From the NCBI GenBank assembly GCA_903884115.1, contig CAISDH010000003.1:330-64329 (forward strand): a stretch of 64,000 nucleotides of DNA, read 5' to 3'. Made by a program: the position numbers and the translations under genes. The notes beneath the pieces were generated by a model. That model did not search any database. It was not told the DNA's origin and saw only the letters and a list, made by a program, of their open reading frames with translations. Origin of the DNA: an uncultured Candidatus Micrarchaeota archaeon (GTDB lineage Archaea; Micrarchaeota; Micrarchaeia; Micrarchaeales; Micrarchaeaceae). Shown here piece after piece: positions 36,038-45,400 of this stretch; position 1 is the first letter of the stretch; every line of letters begins with the position of its first letter.

Positions 36038-36127
36038 CCACTACTTTACAATAAATGTCAATTTCCAGACTGCAAAAGATCGTGTACCCTGCTCTTCGAA
36101 TGTCTTTTATAGTTCGCTTGTCCAACA

Positions 36128-37195
36128 ATGACCATGCACAACGCGACAGTGCTGCCACTGCATTACGGCAAGGCTCCGCGATGGCTTTACGGCCGGATGG
36201 TCAAGCTTGGCAAAGCGATATCTCTTGTCATCATGGACCAGTACGGCACTGACGAGTTGCTTACGCGGCTGAGCGACACGAACTGGTTTCAGGCATTCGC
36301 ATGCGCCATAGGCTACGACTGGCACAGCAGCGGAACCACTACTGTTACTGTTGCTGCCTTGAAAGAGGCGCTTAACGACAGCGGCGAGATATACATAGCA
36401 GGGGGCAAGGGCAAGACAGGGCTAAAGACTCCCGAGGAGATACGTGCAGGTACTGACGTCCTTTCAATAGCCGGCGAGGCAGAGGCGTTCGAGGAATACA
36501 GCCGGCTCGCCGCCAAGGTGGATTCATGCATGGTCTACGACAACATAGGCATTTACCAGCATTCGTTCCTGTTCACAAGGAGCAAGAGGTGGGCTGTGAT
36601 ACAGCAGGCGATGGACACAAAGCGCAGGGAAGCGATAAGGTTCCAGTGGCTCAGCGACCTCATAAACAAGCGGGACGTGGCTAACGAGCCCCACACAGGC
36701 ATCCAGACTACGTTGCACACTGAAAGCGCAGACCTGACATGCGGCAGCAATGAATGGGCAAGGCATTCGCTTACAGATGCACTTCAGGAATGCGACCATG
36801 TGCTCAAGAGCTCATATCCTGACCGGCACGAGATACTCAAAAGCGTTGACATCGGGGATGTGGCGCGCAAGGCGATAAGGAACGCCGCAGAACTTGATCC
36901 GAAGGACTACAAGGAACTGCTCCTGACCAGGGGCGTAGGCAGGAGCACAATAAGGTCGCTTGCGTTCGTGGCGTCGCTCATATTCGACAAGGAGCTAGCG
37001 TATAGGGATCCCGTGATGTTCTCGTACAACCTCGGAGGAAAAGATGGGATACCTTTCCCGGTGAACAGGACCACATACGACAGCGTGATAGAGAGCATGG
37101 ACGGCATCATAGATGCCGCGAACATCGAGAAAGAAGAGAAAATCAAGGCGATGAAGCGCCTGAGCTATGCCATTCGCGGCGACGCGCGCCTATGA
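36128..37195 (+). CDS. DUF763-family conserved archaeal protein
   Basis: N terminus LPLHYGKAPRWLYGRMVKLGKAISLVI and WFQAFACAIGYDWHSSGTTT match the DUF763 pattern as I recall it. Confidence 0.55.
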   Translation: MTMHNATVLPLHYGKAPRWLYGRMVKLGKAISLVIMDQYGTDELLTRLSDTNWFQAFACAIGYDWHSSGTTTVTVAALKEALNDSGEIYIAGGKGKTGLKTPEEIRAGTDVLSIAGEAEAFEEYSRLAAKVDSCMVYDNIGIYQHSFLFTRSKRWAVIQQAMDTKRREAIRFQWLSDLINKRDVANEPHTGIQTTLHTESADLTCGSNEWARHSLTDALQECDHVLKSSYPDRHEILKSVDIGDVARKAIRNAAELDPKDYKELLLTRGVGRSTIRSLAFVASLIFDKELAYRDPVMFSYNLGGKDGIPFPVNRTTYDSVIESMDGIIDAANIEKEEKIKAMKRLSYAIRGDARL

Positions 37196-37957
37196 CTTAC
37201 TACTCTCTATTATCTCTTTCAGAATCTTCTCAGTATCTTGCGGGCCCTTGACCTGTATGCATTCTACGCCTGTTCTTTTGACCGGATAGTCATTGCCGCC
37301 TTCGAACAGCGCGTCGCCTATGAACATCATCTCATCAAATGCATAGCCCAGAATCTCATTTATCTTCTTGATCCCATAAGCCTTATCTATGCCTTTCTTT
37401 GTGACGTCTATCGATGTTGCGCCCCCTACGCGTATCTCAAATTCAGGTATCAGTTTCTCAAGATATTTTATGATGTTAAGGCGCTTCTGCGCGTCGGGGT
37501 CCCACTCGTTCTTGAGCTCATGCGGTGCAAGCTGTCCGAAAGCAGAGAACGTCACCTGCGTTCCCCTGTCCTCTATCATTTCGCCGAAAAGCCTCTCGGG
37601 TCTCTTGAAGCCTGCTTCTACCAGTGCGGTATCAAATGCCTGCATTATCTTGGCGCGTTCATCTGCGCTGAGGTTCTCTGTGTATATCTGCTTCCACTGA
37701 CCGTCAACGAACCTGTAGAAGGTTGTTGCGCATGTGGGGAACAGGTAAAGGCGGGAGAACGCCGCGCTGTTTGAAGGAAGCCCTGCCACGAACTGGTTCT
37801 GGAACTGCGAATACCTGCCGCCGCCTATCACTGCAAAATCCTTGTAGTTGAGCAGTGTGGTTATGAGTTTGACCATGCTGGGTTCCACCATGCTCTTGCT
37901 AGGGGTGAGCGTTCCGTCCATGTCGGCTATCACTATCCTCTTTCTTGCGTAATCCAT
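37190..37957 (-). CDS. Phosphomannomutase-type HAD-IIB phosphatase/mutase
   Basis: DMDGTLT nucleophile motif and FIGDALFEGGNDYP (eukaryote-type PMM-like). I chose the ATG at 37957 because TATA GTATATAAG lies about 40 nt upstream. Confidence 0.65.
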   Translation of the reverse strand: MDYARKRIVIADMDGTLTPSKSMVEPSMVKLITTLLNYKDFAVIGGGRYSQFQNQFVAGLPSNSAAFSRLYLFPTCATTFYRFVDGQWKQIYTENLSADERAKIMQAFDTALVEAGFKRPERLFGEMIEDRGTQVTFSAFGQLAPHELKNEWDPDAQKRLNIIKYLEKLIPEFEIRVGGATSIDVTKKGIDKAYGIKKINEILGYAFDEMMFIGDALFEGGNDYPVKRTGVECIQVKGPQDTEKILKEIIESSKS

Positions 37958-38090
37958 CCAAAAACCTTGCACCTCTATGGAGGTGCCATTCTTATATACA
38001 TGCAAACTCTAAATGCGTTCCAATATCAACAAATAGGTTATTAAAGGCTGAATTAATAGATTATTAAAGGATGAATCCCCAATAGAGGAT

Positions 38091-38972
38091 GTGGTATACT
38101 TGGCAGAGCAGAGAAGCATAATAGAACGTCTTGTGTTTAGGTTTGTCAAGAAGCACATTGCAGGGCCGACAAGCGCGTCCGCGCTTGAAGCTGTCAGGGA
38201 AATAAACGCGAAGGGCCTGCGAACCACCTTGACTCTGCTTAACGACGGCGTATCGAACATCGCAAAGGCCAGGTACAATGCCAATGCCTATGTGCAGCTC
38301 ATAAGGCAGGTCTCAAGGCTTAATCTCGACTCCGACATATCTCTCAGACCGGTGCAGATAGGCTATTCCGTAGACCCTGATCTCATGCAGAGGCACCTGG
38401 AGGAGATAGCAAGAGAGGCATATGAAAGCAAGATAAAGCTCTGGATCGAGCATGACGGCACTTCAAGCATGCATGACCAACTGGCCTTGTACAGGAAGCT
38501 AAGGAGCCAGTACGGCAATGTCGGGGTTGAGATACAGCCCGCGCACGCAGGAGCCGCAAGCACACTTAATGGGGGCATAGAGCCCAAAGACCTTGTGAAA
38601 GTGCGATGCCATCCGGGCAGCGACGGCAAGCGCGAGCAGAAGAGTACGGTTGGCATGTACTCTGACTACATAGACCGGCTGCTCTCAAAGCGCGCCGAGG
38701 TCTCTGTGTGGGACCGTGACTTTGACATGATGAGGAAGCTTGCAGCGGCGAAGTCGAACTACAAGAAGAATGTCGCTTTCGAGATCCCGTTTGGATACAG
38801 CGTGCACGACATGAAGAAGCTGCAACAGTACAAGCTTGACGTTAGCGTTTATGTCCCGTTTGGCAAGGACTGGGTGCCGTACCTGATCGGCAGGCTCGCA
38901 GAGGGCAAGATCAGGCGCATAGCGGTCGCACTGCTTGACGGGAAGGGTGATGAGCATGCCATCGAAAACTAG
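38091..38972 (+). CDS. Proline dehydrogenase-family protein (PutA PRODH-like TIM barrel)
   Basis: FVKKHIAGPTSASALEAVREINAKGLRTTLTLL and the C-terminal YVPFGKDWVPYLIGRLAE are typical of PRODH. Confidence 0.65.
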   Translation: MVYLAEQRSIIERLVFRFVKKHIAGPTSASALEAVREINAKGLRTTLTLLNDGVSNIAKARYNANAYVQLIRQVSRLNLDSDISLRPVQIGYSVDPDLMQRHLEEIAREAYESKIKLWIEHDGTSSMHDQLALYRKLRSQYGNVGVEIQPAHAGAASTLNGGIEPKDLVKVRCHPGSDGKREQKSTVGMYSDYIDRLLSKRAEVSVWDRDFDMMRKLAAAKSNYKKNVAFEIPFGYSVHDMKKLQQYKLDVSVYVPFGKDWVPYLIGRLAEGKIRRIAVALLDGKGDEHAIEN

Positions 38973-39984
38973 CATATCACTTGTGACCGGAGCCACGTCG
39001 ATGCTCGGCAGGAAAGTAGCGGAGCGTCTTATAGACGAGGGCAACATTGTCAGGGTAATACTTAAGGAGGCCCCGAAGGCGAACGACGAATGGCACATGT
39101 TGCCTGCGGGTGTCGTGCCATATGTCGCAGACATTGCGTTGAAGAATCCAAAGCAGGAGGAAACGCTCAGGCAGGCGTGCGTTGGCGCAACCAACATATT
39201 TCACATAGCTGGCGCGTCGTACAACTACCTGAACACATACGACCAGCTGATAGACACCAACGTCGTAGGCACCGAGAACGTGATAAAGGCGTGGCTGGAT
39301 GCCAATCCTGTGCCAGCAAAGGGCAATCTCATATTCACAAGCAGCGTCTCAGTTTACGGCCATGCCCGTCCCGGAGAGGTGCTCACTGAGACTTCTCCGA
39401 TCAAGCCGGAAGGACCGTACGCAATGAGCAAGTATATGGCGACGCACGTCATAGAGTCGTGGTGCTCCGCAAACCCGAGGCTCAACTACACGATAGCAAG
39501 GCTGGGGAACTTCTACGGCGAAGGCTACGAATCCAGCTTCTTCAAGGTGTTCAAGCTTGTGAGCGAGGGCAAGATGCGCTATCTCGGGAAGGGCTCCAAC
39601 CACCTGACAATAGTGCACGTTGACGATGCGGTCGACGCGCTGCTCGAGATCTACAAGAACAGGGAGAAGAGCGCAAACAAGGCGTACAACATCACGGACG
39701 GCGTCGCACACACACAGAAGGAGTTTCTGGACAGCATGGTTAAGTTCCTGAACGCCCAGCCGATAAGAAATTCCACAAACCCCCTGTTCGCGAAGCTACT
39801 GGCAGGCAGGAATGACATAAAATTCGATGAATACGAGTTCCTCAACAGCGACAGGACGGTGAGCATAGACCTGGCAAAGAAGGAGCTTGGCTTTAAGCCT
39901 TCAAGAAGCATTGAGAAAGAGGGCAAGATGCTTGCCGAGCAATTCCTTTCCATGCCCGTGAGAGCTGCGGAAAATACTGCATAA
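38950..39984 (+). CDS. NAD-dependent epimerase/dehydratase (extended SDR)
   Basis: VTGATSMLGRKV Rossmann motif and YAMSK catalytic motif. Confidence 0.8.
   Translation: MSMPSKTSISLVTGATSMLGRKVAERLIDEGNIVRVILKEAPKANDEWHMLPAGVVPYVADIALKNPKQEETLRQACVGATNIFHIAGASYNYLNTYDQLIDTNVVGTENVIKAWLDANPVPAKGNLIFTSSVSVYGHARPGEVLTETSPIKPEGPYAMSKYMATHVIESWCSANPRLNYTIARLGNFYGEGYESSFFKVFKLVSEGKMRYLGKGSNHLTIVHVDDAVDALLEIYKNREKSANKAYNITDGVAHTQKEFLDSMVKFLNAQPIRNSTNPLFAKLLAGRNDIKFDEYEFLNSDRTVSIDLAKKELGFKPSRSIEKEGKMLAEQFLSMPVRAAENTA
39088..39117 (+). repeat. 30-nt segment duplicated at 61176..61205
   Basis: GAATGGCACATGTTGCCTGCGGGTGTCGTG. 29/30 nt identical to the second copy. Confidence 0.9.
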
Positions 39985-40785
39985 GTGACACACATGAAAC
40001 AAGGAAAAATCGAACGATACATATACGAGAAGCTTGAGCGCAGCGGAGCGATGCTGTTCTGCCTGATAGACCCGATAGACTACGAGAGCGAGGATGCCGC
40101 AATAGCTGCTGCCAAGCAGCTGGACAAGGGCGGTGCTGACATCATGCTCATCGGAGGCAGCACCGAGCTGCAGGGCGAGATCCTGGACAACGTCGTGAAG
40201 GGCGTAAAGGAAGCAGTGGATGTGCCAGTCATACTGTTCCCGTCCAACATCTCATCGGTTACAAAGCATGTCGACGCGATATACTTCATGTCCCTGCTCA
40301 ATGCAAGGAACCCCTACTGGATAACGCAGGCGCAGATGCTGTCCGCGCCGACTGTCAGGAAGTTCGGCCTCGAGCCAATACCAATCGGCTACATCGTGGT
40401 GTATCCTGGGGGCACTGTAGGCTGGGTGAGCGACGCGAATTTCATTCCTAGGGAGAAGCCGAAGCTGGCCGCATCGCTCGCGATGGCCGGAGAGTTCCTG
40501 GGCAACAGGTTCATACTTACAGACACCGGCTCCAACCCTAAACTGCAGAATTCAGGCCACGTGCCTGCCGACATGATACGTGCGGTCAAGTCCGCGATCA
40601 CCGTGCCCTACATAGTTGGCGGTGGAATATCCAACGCACAGGAGCTCAAGGAAGTCTATGCCAGCGGTGCCGACATCGTGCAGATCGGCACTGCCTTCGA
40701 CCAGAATCCCGAAAAGACATACCAGCTGGTGCAGTCCTTCGCAAAGGTCACAAAAGAGGAGGGCCTCAAGAAGCTAAGGGCTTAG
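39985..40785 (+). CDS. Geranylgeranylglyceryl phosphate synthase (PcrB/GGGPS family)
   Basis: TIM-barrel GGGPS motifs: IMLIGGS, ILFPSN, YIVGGGI. Confidence 0.8.
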   Translation: MTHMKQGKIERYIYEKLERSGAMLFCLIDPIDYESEDAAIAAAKQLDKGGADIMLIGGSTELQGEILDNVVKGVKEAVDVPVILFPSNISSVTKHVDAIYFMSLLNARNPYWITQAQMLSAPTVRKFGLEPIPIGYIVVYPGGTVGWVSDANFIPREKPKLAASLAMAGEFLGNRFILTDTGSNPKLQNSGHVPADMIRAVKSAITVPYIVGGGISNAQELKEVYASGADIVQIGTAFDQNPEKTYQLVQSFAKVTKEEGLKKLRA

Positions 40786-40786
40786 C

Positions 40787-41905
40787 ATGCGCGCTCTGTG
40801 TTCGCTTGAGCTTCCTGCTCTAATCAAGGAACTCAAGTCTCTGGAGGGCTTCCGCATCAACAGGTTCTACGATGCAGGGAACGGGCGCTTCTTTTTCAAG
40901 TTGAGGAAAGGCGAAGAAAGGGTGAACGTGCAGTGCCTTCTTCCTTACACGTTCAACATCACAGAATACCTGCCTCAGAGCTCCGAGCCAACTGGTTTCG
41001 CAACCGCTGCGAGGAAGCGCATCGAAGATGCGGTCATAGAAAGCATAGAGCAGCTTAACAACGACAGGATTGTGCTCATAAGCCTGCGGAAGGGCGATGC
41101 CAATGGCAAAGTGATAATAGAGCTCTTCGGCAGGGGCAACCTTATACTGGCGGATGATGCGATGCGGATAACGCTTGCGCACCTGTCTCACGATTTCAAG
41201 GACAGGTCTGTGAGAGTGGGCGCCGCATACAAGCCTCCAAGCGGAGTTCCCCTTGACGTGCTTGACCTTAGCAGAGTGCACGCAGAGATTAAAAAAGTGC
41301 AGCAGAACGGGGGGCGCGACGCAGAGGCGTTGTCTGTATTGGTGCGGGCAGTGGGCATAGGTAAGCTATATATCGAAGAAGCGCTTGCGAGGGCAGGAAT
41401 ATCCCCGGACACAAAGGTCAGTAATATTGACGCAAACGGATTCGACCTGATCATGCAGCATGTGGGTGGCATAATAAACGAATGCACCAATGCGCAGCAG
41501 CCGACACTGTACTCCAAGGATGATGTTTTGATGGACTTCTCTTTATGCGGCATGAAGAAATATGCAGAACTGTCTGCGCAGAAAGTGCAGTCATTCCAGG
41601 CTCTGCTGGATACGTTCTACAATCAGCAGATGCCTGCAGAAGTTCATGAAAGCCGCGAGGCCAAGGAGCTAGAGAAGAGCATCGAGAAACAGCGTTCGCT
41701 GCTTACCCAGTTAGACGTCGAGAATGCAGAGTGCAAGGCAGGCGCAGGACTGATAATGCGCAACCTGCACAGTATAAACGCGATCATAGACTTTTTAAGG
41801 CAGAACAGGCACGCCACCAAGGAAGACGCGCAAGCAATTGCGCAAGGAATAAGGATATTAGATGTCAACCTCAAAGATAAGAGCGTGCGCATAGAGCTTC
41901 AATGA
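40787..41905 (+). CDS. NFACT-family protein, N-terminal half only (NFACT-N + HhH + coiled coil)
   Basis: ELKSLEGFRINRFYD, VIIELFGRGNLIL and the HhH-like GIGKLYIEEALARAGI are typical of the FbpA/RqcH N-terminal region. Confidence 0.6.
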   Translation: MRALCSLELPALIKELKSLEGFRINRFYDAGNGRFFFKLRKGEERVNVQCLLPYTFNITEYLPQSSEPTGFATAARKRIEDAVIESIEQLNNDRIVLISLRKGDANGKVIIELFGRGNLILADDAMRITLAHLSHDFKDRSVRVGAAYKPPSGVPLDVLDLSRVHAEIKKVQQNGGRDAEALSVLVRAVGIGKLYIEEALARAGISPDTKVSNIDANGFDLIMQHVGGIINECTNAQQPTLYSKDDVLMDFSLCGMKKYAELSAQKVQSFQALLDTFYNQQMPAEVHESREAKELEKSIEKQRSLLTQLDVENAECKAGAGLIMRNLHSINAIIDFLRQNRHATKEDAQAIAQGIRILDVNLKDKSVRIELQ

Positions 41906-42804
41906 GTGCATTCATGATAAAAGTAACTTTTCTAGGCACGTCAGGGTCGACGCCCACAAAGAACAGGGCACTTCCTGCGCTTGTGATAGAGTACAAGGGG
42001 AAGCTGCTGCTGTTTGATTGCGGCGAGGGGACGCAGCGCCAGATGATGCGCTACGGCATCAGCGTGTCCAGAGTCGACGCGATATTCCTGTCGCACATAC
42101 ACGGTGACCACACCATAGGCGTAGCTGGGCTCATAAGGACCCTTGCGCTCAACAGGCGCGAATCTCCGTTGGACATCTATGTGCCTGCAGGCTACGAGAA
42201 AGCGATCAATGCACTCGTGAAGTTCGACGACGCCATGCTGGGATACAGGATAAACATACATCCCATAAAGAAAGGTGTCATCCACAAGGGTGCCGGATTC
42301 GTAGTAAGTGCTTTCAAGTTGAGGCACACCGTAAGCACATACGGCTTTGTATTCAAAGAGGATGACAAGTTGCATTTCATAAAGGACAAGCTCAAGGGTA
42401 CTGGCCTGAAAGGCACGATGTTCGCTGAGCTGCTGAGCAAGGGCAAGCTGAAAGTCGGAGGTGCGCTCATAGAGCTGAAAGACATAACGGTGCTGCAGCG
42501 CGGCGTCAAGATCGTATATGCCACGGATACGCGGCCTTCAAGAGATACTATAGCGGCGGCGCAGAACGCCGATCTGCTCGTGCACGAGGCCACATACGAG
42601 AGCACCGAGAGCAAGCTTGCGATCGAGAGGCTGCACTCCACTGCAAAAGAAAGCGCGCAGCTCGCGAAGAGCGCGAAGGCGAAGCGGCTTGTTCTGACCC
42701 ACATGAGCGCAAGATATAAGAGCTTAAAAACGCTTTTGAGTGAAGCAAGGGAGGTATTTCCCGACACGGAGGTCGCAAAGGACGGCATGTCAATAGAATT
42801 ATAG
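41902..42804 (+). CDS. rnz: Ribonuclease Z (tRNA 3' endonuclease)
   Basis: Metallo-beta-lactamase motif SHIHGDH, FLGTSGSTPT N terminus, length 300 aa. Confidence 0.85.
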   Translation: MSAFMIKVTFLGTSGSTPTKNRALPALVIEYKGKLLLFDCGEGTQRQMMRYGISVSRVDAIFLSHIHGDHTIGVAGLIRTLALNRRESPLDIYVPAGYEKAINALVKFDDAMLGYRINIHPIKKGVIHKGAGFVVSAFKLRHTVSTYGFVFKEDDKLHFIKDKLKGTGLKGTMFAELLSKGKLKVGGALIELKDITVLQRGVKIVYATDTRPSRDTIAAAQNADLLVHEATYESTESKLAIERLHSTAKESAQLAKSAKAKRLVLTHMSARYKSLKTLLSEAREVFPDTEVAKDGMSIEL

Positions 42805-42876
42805 GGGCTCGTAGTCGAATGGCAAGACGCTACCTTGACAAGGTAGAGATTCCGGGTTCGATTCCCAGCGGGCCCA
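42805..42876 (+). tRNA. tRNA-Val (anticodon GAC)
   Basis: Acceptor GGGCTCG/CGGGCCC, anticodon stem CTACC/GGTAG with loop TTGACAA, T arm CCGGG-TTCGATT-CCCAG (one C:A mismatch). It starts 1 nt after the rnz stop. Confidence 0.75.
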
Positions 42877-42911
42877 CCTTATGTTACTGCAAGCAGCAAA
42901 CGTGGTGGCTC

Positions 42912-43457
42912 ATGACCGAAGAACTGATAGACCTCTTTGATGAGAGCGACAACAAGACGGGCGAGCGTAAAACCCGGCAGTATGCCCATGCAAAAGGCTT
43001 ATGGCATCAGGCATCGCACGTCTGGATCTACAACTCCAAAGGAGAAATGCTGCTCCAAAAGCGTTCGATGCAGGTAGAAAGCAATCCTGGTTTATGGGAT
43101 ATTTCCGCAGCAGGACACATATCTGCCGGAGAAACGCCGGGACAAGCGGCTCTAAGAGAGATGTATGAGGAAATAGGGATCAAAGCAAGTCCAAAAGATA
43201 TCAAGCAAGTCATGGTAAAAAAAGAGAGCAGCATTCCAAAACCTGATTATTATGACAACGAGTTCGACTACATCTATATATTCAAACATGATGGGCTGCC
43301 TGAAAAACTGCAGAAAGGAGAAGTCGACGCTGTAAAGTTCATACCAATCTCTGAATTGGAAAAAGATCTAAAAGATCCCAAGACTGCAAAAGACTTCGTG
43401 CCGCGCGACTATATCTTCGAATTGATAAAGATAATAAGAAAAGCGATTGCTGATTAA
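42912..43457 (+). CDS. Nudix hydrolase (IDI/ADP-ribose pyrophosphatase-like)
   Basis: Nudix box GHISAGETPGQAALREMYEEIGI. The track ORF's N-terminal extension overlaps tRNA-Val. Confidence 0.75.
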   Translation: MTEELIDLFDESDNKTGERKTRQYAHAKGLWHQASHVWIYNSKGEMLLQKRSMQVESNPGLWDISAAGHISAGETPGQAALREMYEEIGIKASPKDIKQVMVKKESSIPKPDYYDNEFDYIYIFKHDGLPEKLQKGEVDAVKFIPISELEKDLKDPKTAKDFVPRDYIFELIKIIRKAIAD

Positions 43458-43531
43458 GGAAAAGACCTTGCAGATCATATCTTCCAACAAAGTTATAAGT
43501 ATCTATCCGACTGCAAGATATGTGTGTTGAC

Positions 43532-43771
43532 ATGGCAATTGCTAAGACCATGAGTGATTCCAATGACGCGAACAAGGCGGCTGTGGACGTGAAAGTTGCC
43601 GATTCAAAACAGGATATGCACAAATCCCTCGAAAGCACGACTGAGAAATTCATAAAGAATGGACTAAAGGAACTCGACAAGATCTTTCAAGACATACACA
43701 ACATGACCTATAAAGACTTAAAAACAGTTCTTGAAGGTTTCATGCATCGAAAGCGGGATCAGGAGACGTAG
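43532..43771 (+). CDS. Small orphan protein (79 aa)
   Basis: Preceded by TTATAAGTATCT...GTGTGTTGAC-ATG, a truncated variant of the U element core. Confidence 0.4.
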   Translation: MAIAKTMSDSNDANKAAVDVKVADSKQDMHKSLESTTEKFIKNGLKELDKIFQDIHNMTYKDLKTVLEGFMHRKRDQET

Positions 43772-43914
43772 CCAAAACCAATAAACTACTGGAGTTCTGG
43801 CATTCTTTATTGCCTCAGCTAGTTCTAAGGAAACAGAAGAATGGTTTGGTGAAATGTTTTTAAACCTTTCTACGAAGGTATAAATATCTTCAAAAAAACC
43901 TTATATGATGCAAT

Positions 43915-44097
43915 ATGTCCGACAAAAATAAACAACCAGAGAGAATGGACACGGCAAAGGCATTCGAGAAGATGAAGGAGGACCTTGATAAATTTGCGAA
44001 TGCATGGATAGCTAATGCTGCGAGACGCTTTGACTATGAATTAGCTCAGGCGATAACAAATAGAAATTCCATCTTACGCAAAGATGATGGTAAGTAA
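43915..44097 (+). CDS. Small orphan protein (60 aa)
   Basis: Preceded by GTATAAATATCTT...TTATATGATGCAAT-ATG. The same 21-nt motif follows its stop as follows the preceding small ORF. Confidence 0.4.
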   Translation: MSDKNKQPERMDTAKAFEKMKEDLDKFANAWIANAARRFDYELAQAITNRNSILRKDDGK

Positions 44098-44208
44098 CGG
44101 GTTACCAAAACCAGTAAAATACTGGGCTCAGACTATTACGTGCAACGCTGCAGAATTCGTGCAGCACTCACATCAAAATATGTGGTTCGGAATTGTGCTG
44201 TGCTTGGC

Positions 44209-45333
44209 TCACTTCAACTCATCAAACAGCTCAGAATAGAAATGATTGACGTTTGAGATGTAGAACTCCTTCAGGTTTTCCTTGTTCCTGATGTACTTGC
44301 TCTTATCATTGCTGTTAAGGATTTTTGCTGCGACGCCTGCTATGCTGCTCTCGTCTGCTACTATGCACATGTCCTTGACCTCTTTCGGTATTGGGGAATA
44401 GCTGGGCACCAACACCGGCGTGCCGAGCGCGATGCTCTCAAGCACTATCAGGCTGAGGCCCTCCCTCTCTGACATCTGCAACAAAAGTCCTGCCTCTTTT
44501 ACGGCTTTGAACAGCTCTCTCCGTTGCTCGTTTCTATATGAGTGCTTTAGCTCAACAACTCTCTCGAGCCCATGCTCTCGTATTGACTTCTCCAGGTTCT
44601 TCCTTTCCGGGCCATCCCCTATTATCACTGCGTGCAAGTCTTTGATCTTTCGGCTTATCTGGCTCACTGCCATAAGCCATTTGTCGACCCGCTTCTCTTT
44701 TATGAGCCTTCCCCAGAATATTATGCTCTTGTGCTTCTTGCCAGCGTTTATTCCTGACATGAACCTGTCATCGATAACAGGGGAAAACACCCTGATGTGC
44801 TGTCTTTTCACCCCTAATGCAATCAGATTGTTCATTGTGGTGCTTGAGATCGTTACGTATGCGTCTGCAACTTTGAGGGCAGCAGATGCGTAGGCGTTCG
44901 CAAGCAGACCTGGCAACAGGCCGAGATACTGCGTCCAGTACTCCTTGTCCCACACTTCGTACACGTTCACTATGAGCTTACAATGCCTCAGCATGCAGTA
45001 CAGTTTCAATATCGGCAGATGAAGCACTGGGAATTCGTTCGCTATGATCACGTCGAATTTGTACCTGAATATGCCGAATGTGCTCATCGAGAATGCCAAT
45101 GCTTCTCTTATTGACCTGCGTCCGTGCCTGTAGAACTTGCTCTGCGTTACTTCATGGAACGTATGGTATGTCATTCTCTCTTGCTGGAAAGTCCTCTTCA
45201 TGCCCGGCCATCGCATTGAGAATATGTGCACATCGTGAGTCTTGGCAAGCTCGCTTGCTTCCGTGTGCTGGAGCACCTCCAATCCGCCGAAATGCCATGG
45301 GTATACTGCATCTGAGACAAACGCTACGCGCAC
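44209..45333 (-). CDS. Glycosyltransferase family 4 (GT-B)
   Basis: VRVAFVSDAVYPWHFGG N terminus (GTG start at 45333) and the E-x7-E region EREGLSLIVLESIALGTPV. Confidence 0.8.
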   Translation of the reverse strand: MRVAFVSDAVYPWHFGGLEVLQHTEASELAKTHDVHIFSMRWPGMKRTFQQERMTYHTFHEVTQSKFYRHGRRSIREALAFSMSTFGIFRYKFDVIIANEFPVLHLPILKLYCMLRHCKLIVNVYEVWDKEYWTQYLGLLPGLLANAYASAALKVADAYVTISSTTMNNLIALGVKRQHIRVFSPVIDDRFMSGINAGKKHKSIIFWGRLIKEKRVDKWLMAVSQISRKIKDLHAVIIGDGPERKNLEKSIREHGLERVVELKHSYRNEQRRELFKAVKEAGLLLQMSEREGLSLIVLESIALGTPVLVPSYSPIPKEVKDMCIVADESSIAGVAAKILNSNDKSKYIRNKENLKEFYISNVNHFYSELFDELK

Positions 45334-45400
45334 GCTAACACAAGTAGCATAGCGAAAGGAAACTATAAAAATCCGCACAGGCAAGCCTCTTTTGACTTCT

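Noticed and set aside
15951-36040. Repeated ~90-nt elements as a CRISPR array or MITE family
   Set aside because: The copies are not regularly spaced and have no spacer-like unique inserts. They lack terminal inverted repeats or target-site duplications. Each sits in fixed orientation and register directly upstream of a start codon with a TATA box, so they are promoter/leader duplications.
42819-42911. N-terminal extension of the Nudix ORF (track start 42819)
   Set aside because: The extension overlaps tRNA-Val and translates tRNA sequence. The true start is taken as ATG 42912.
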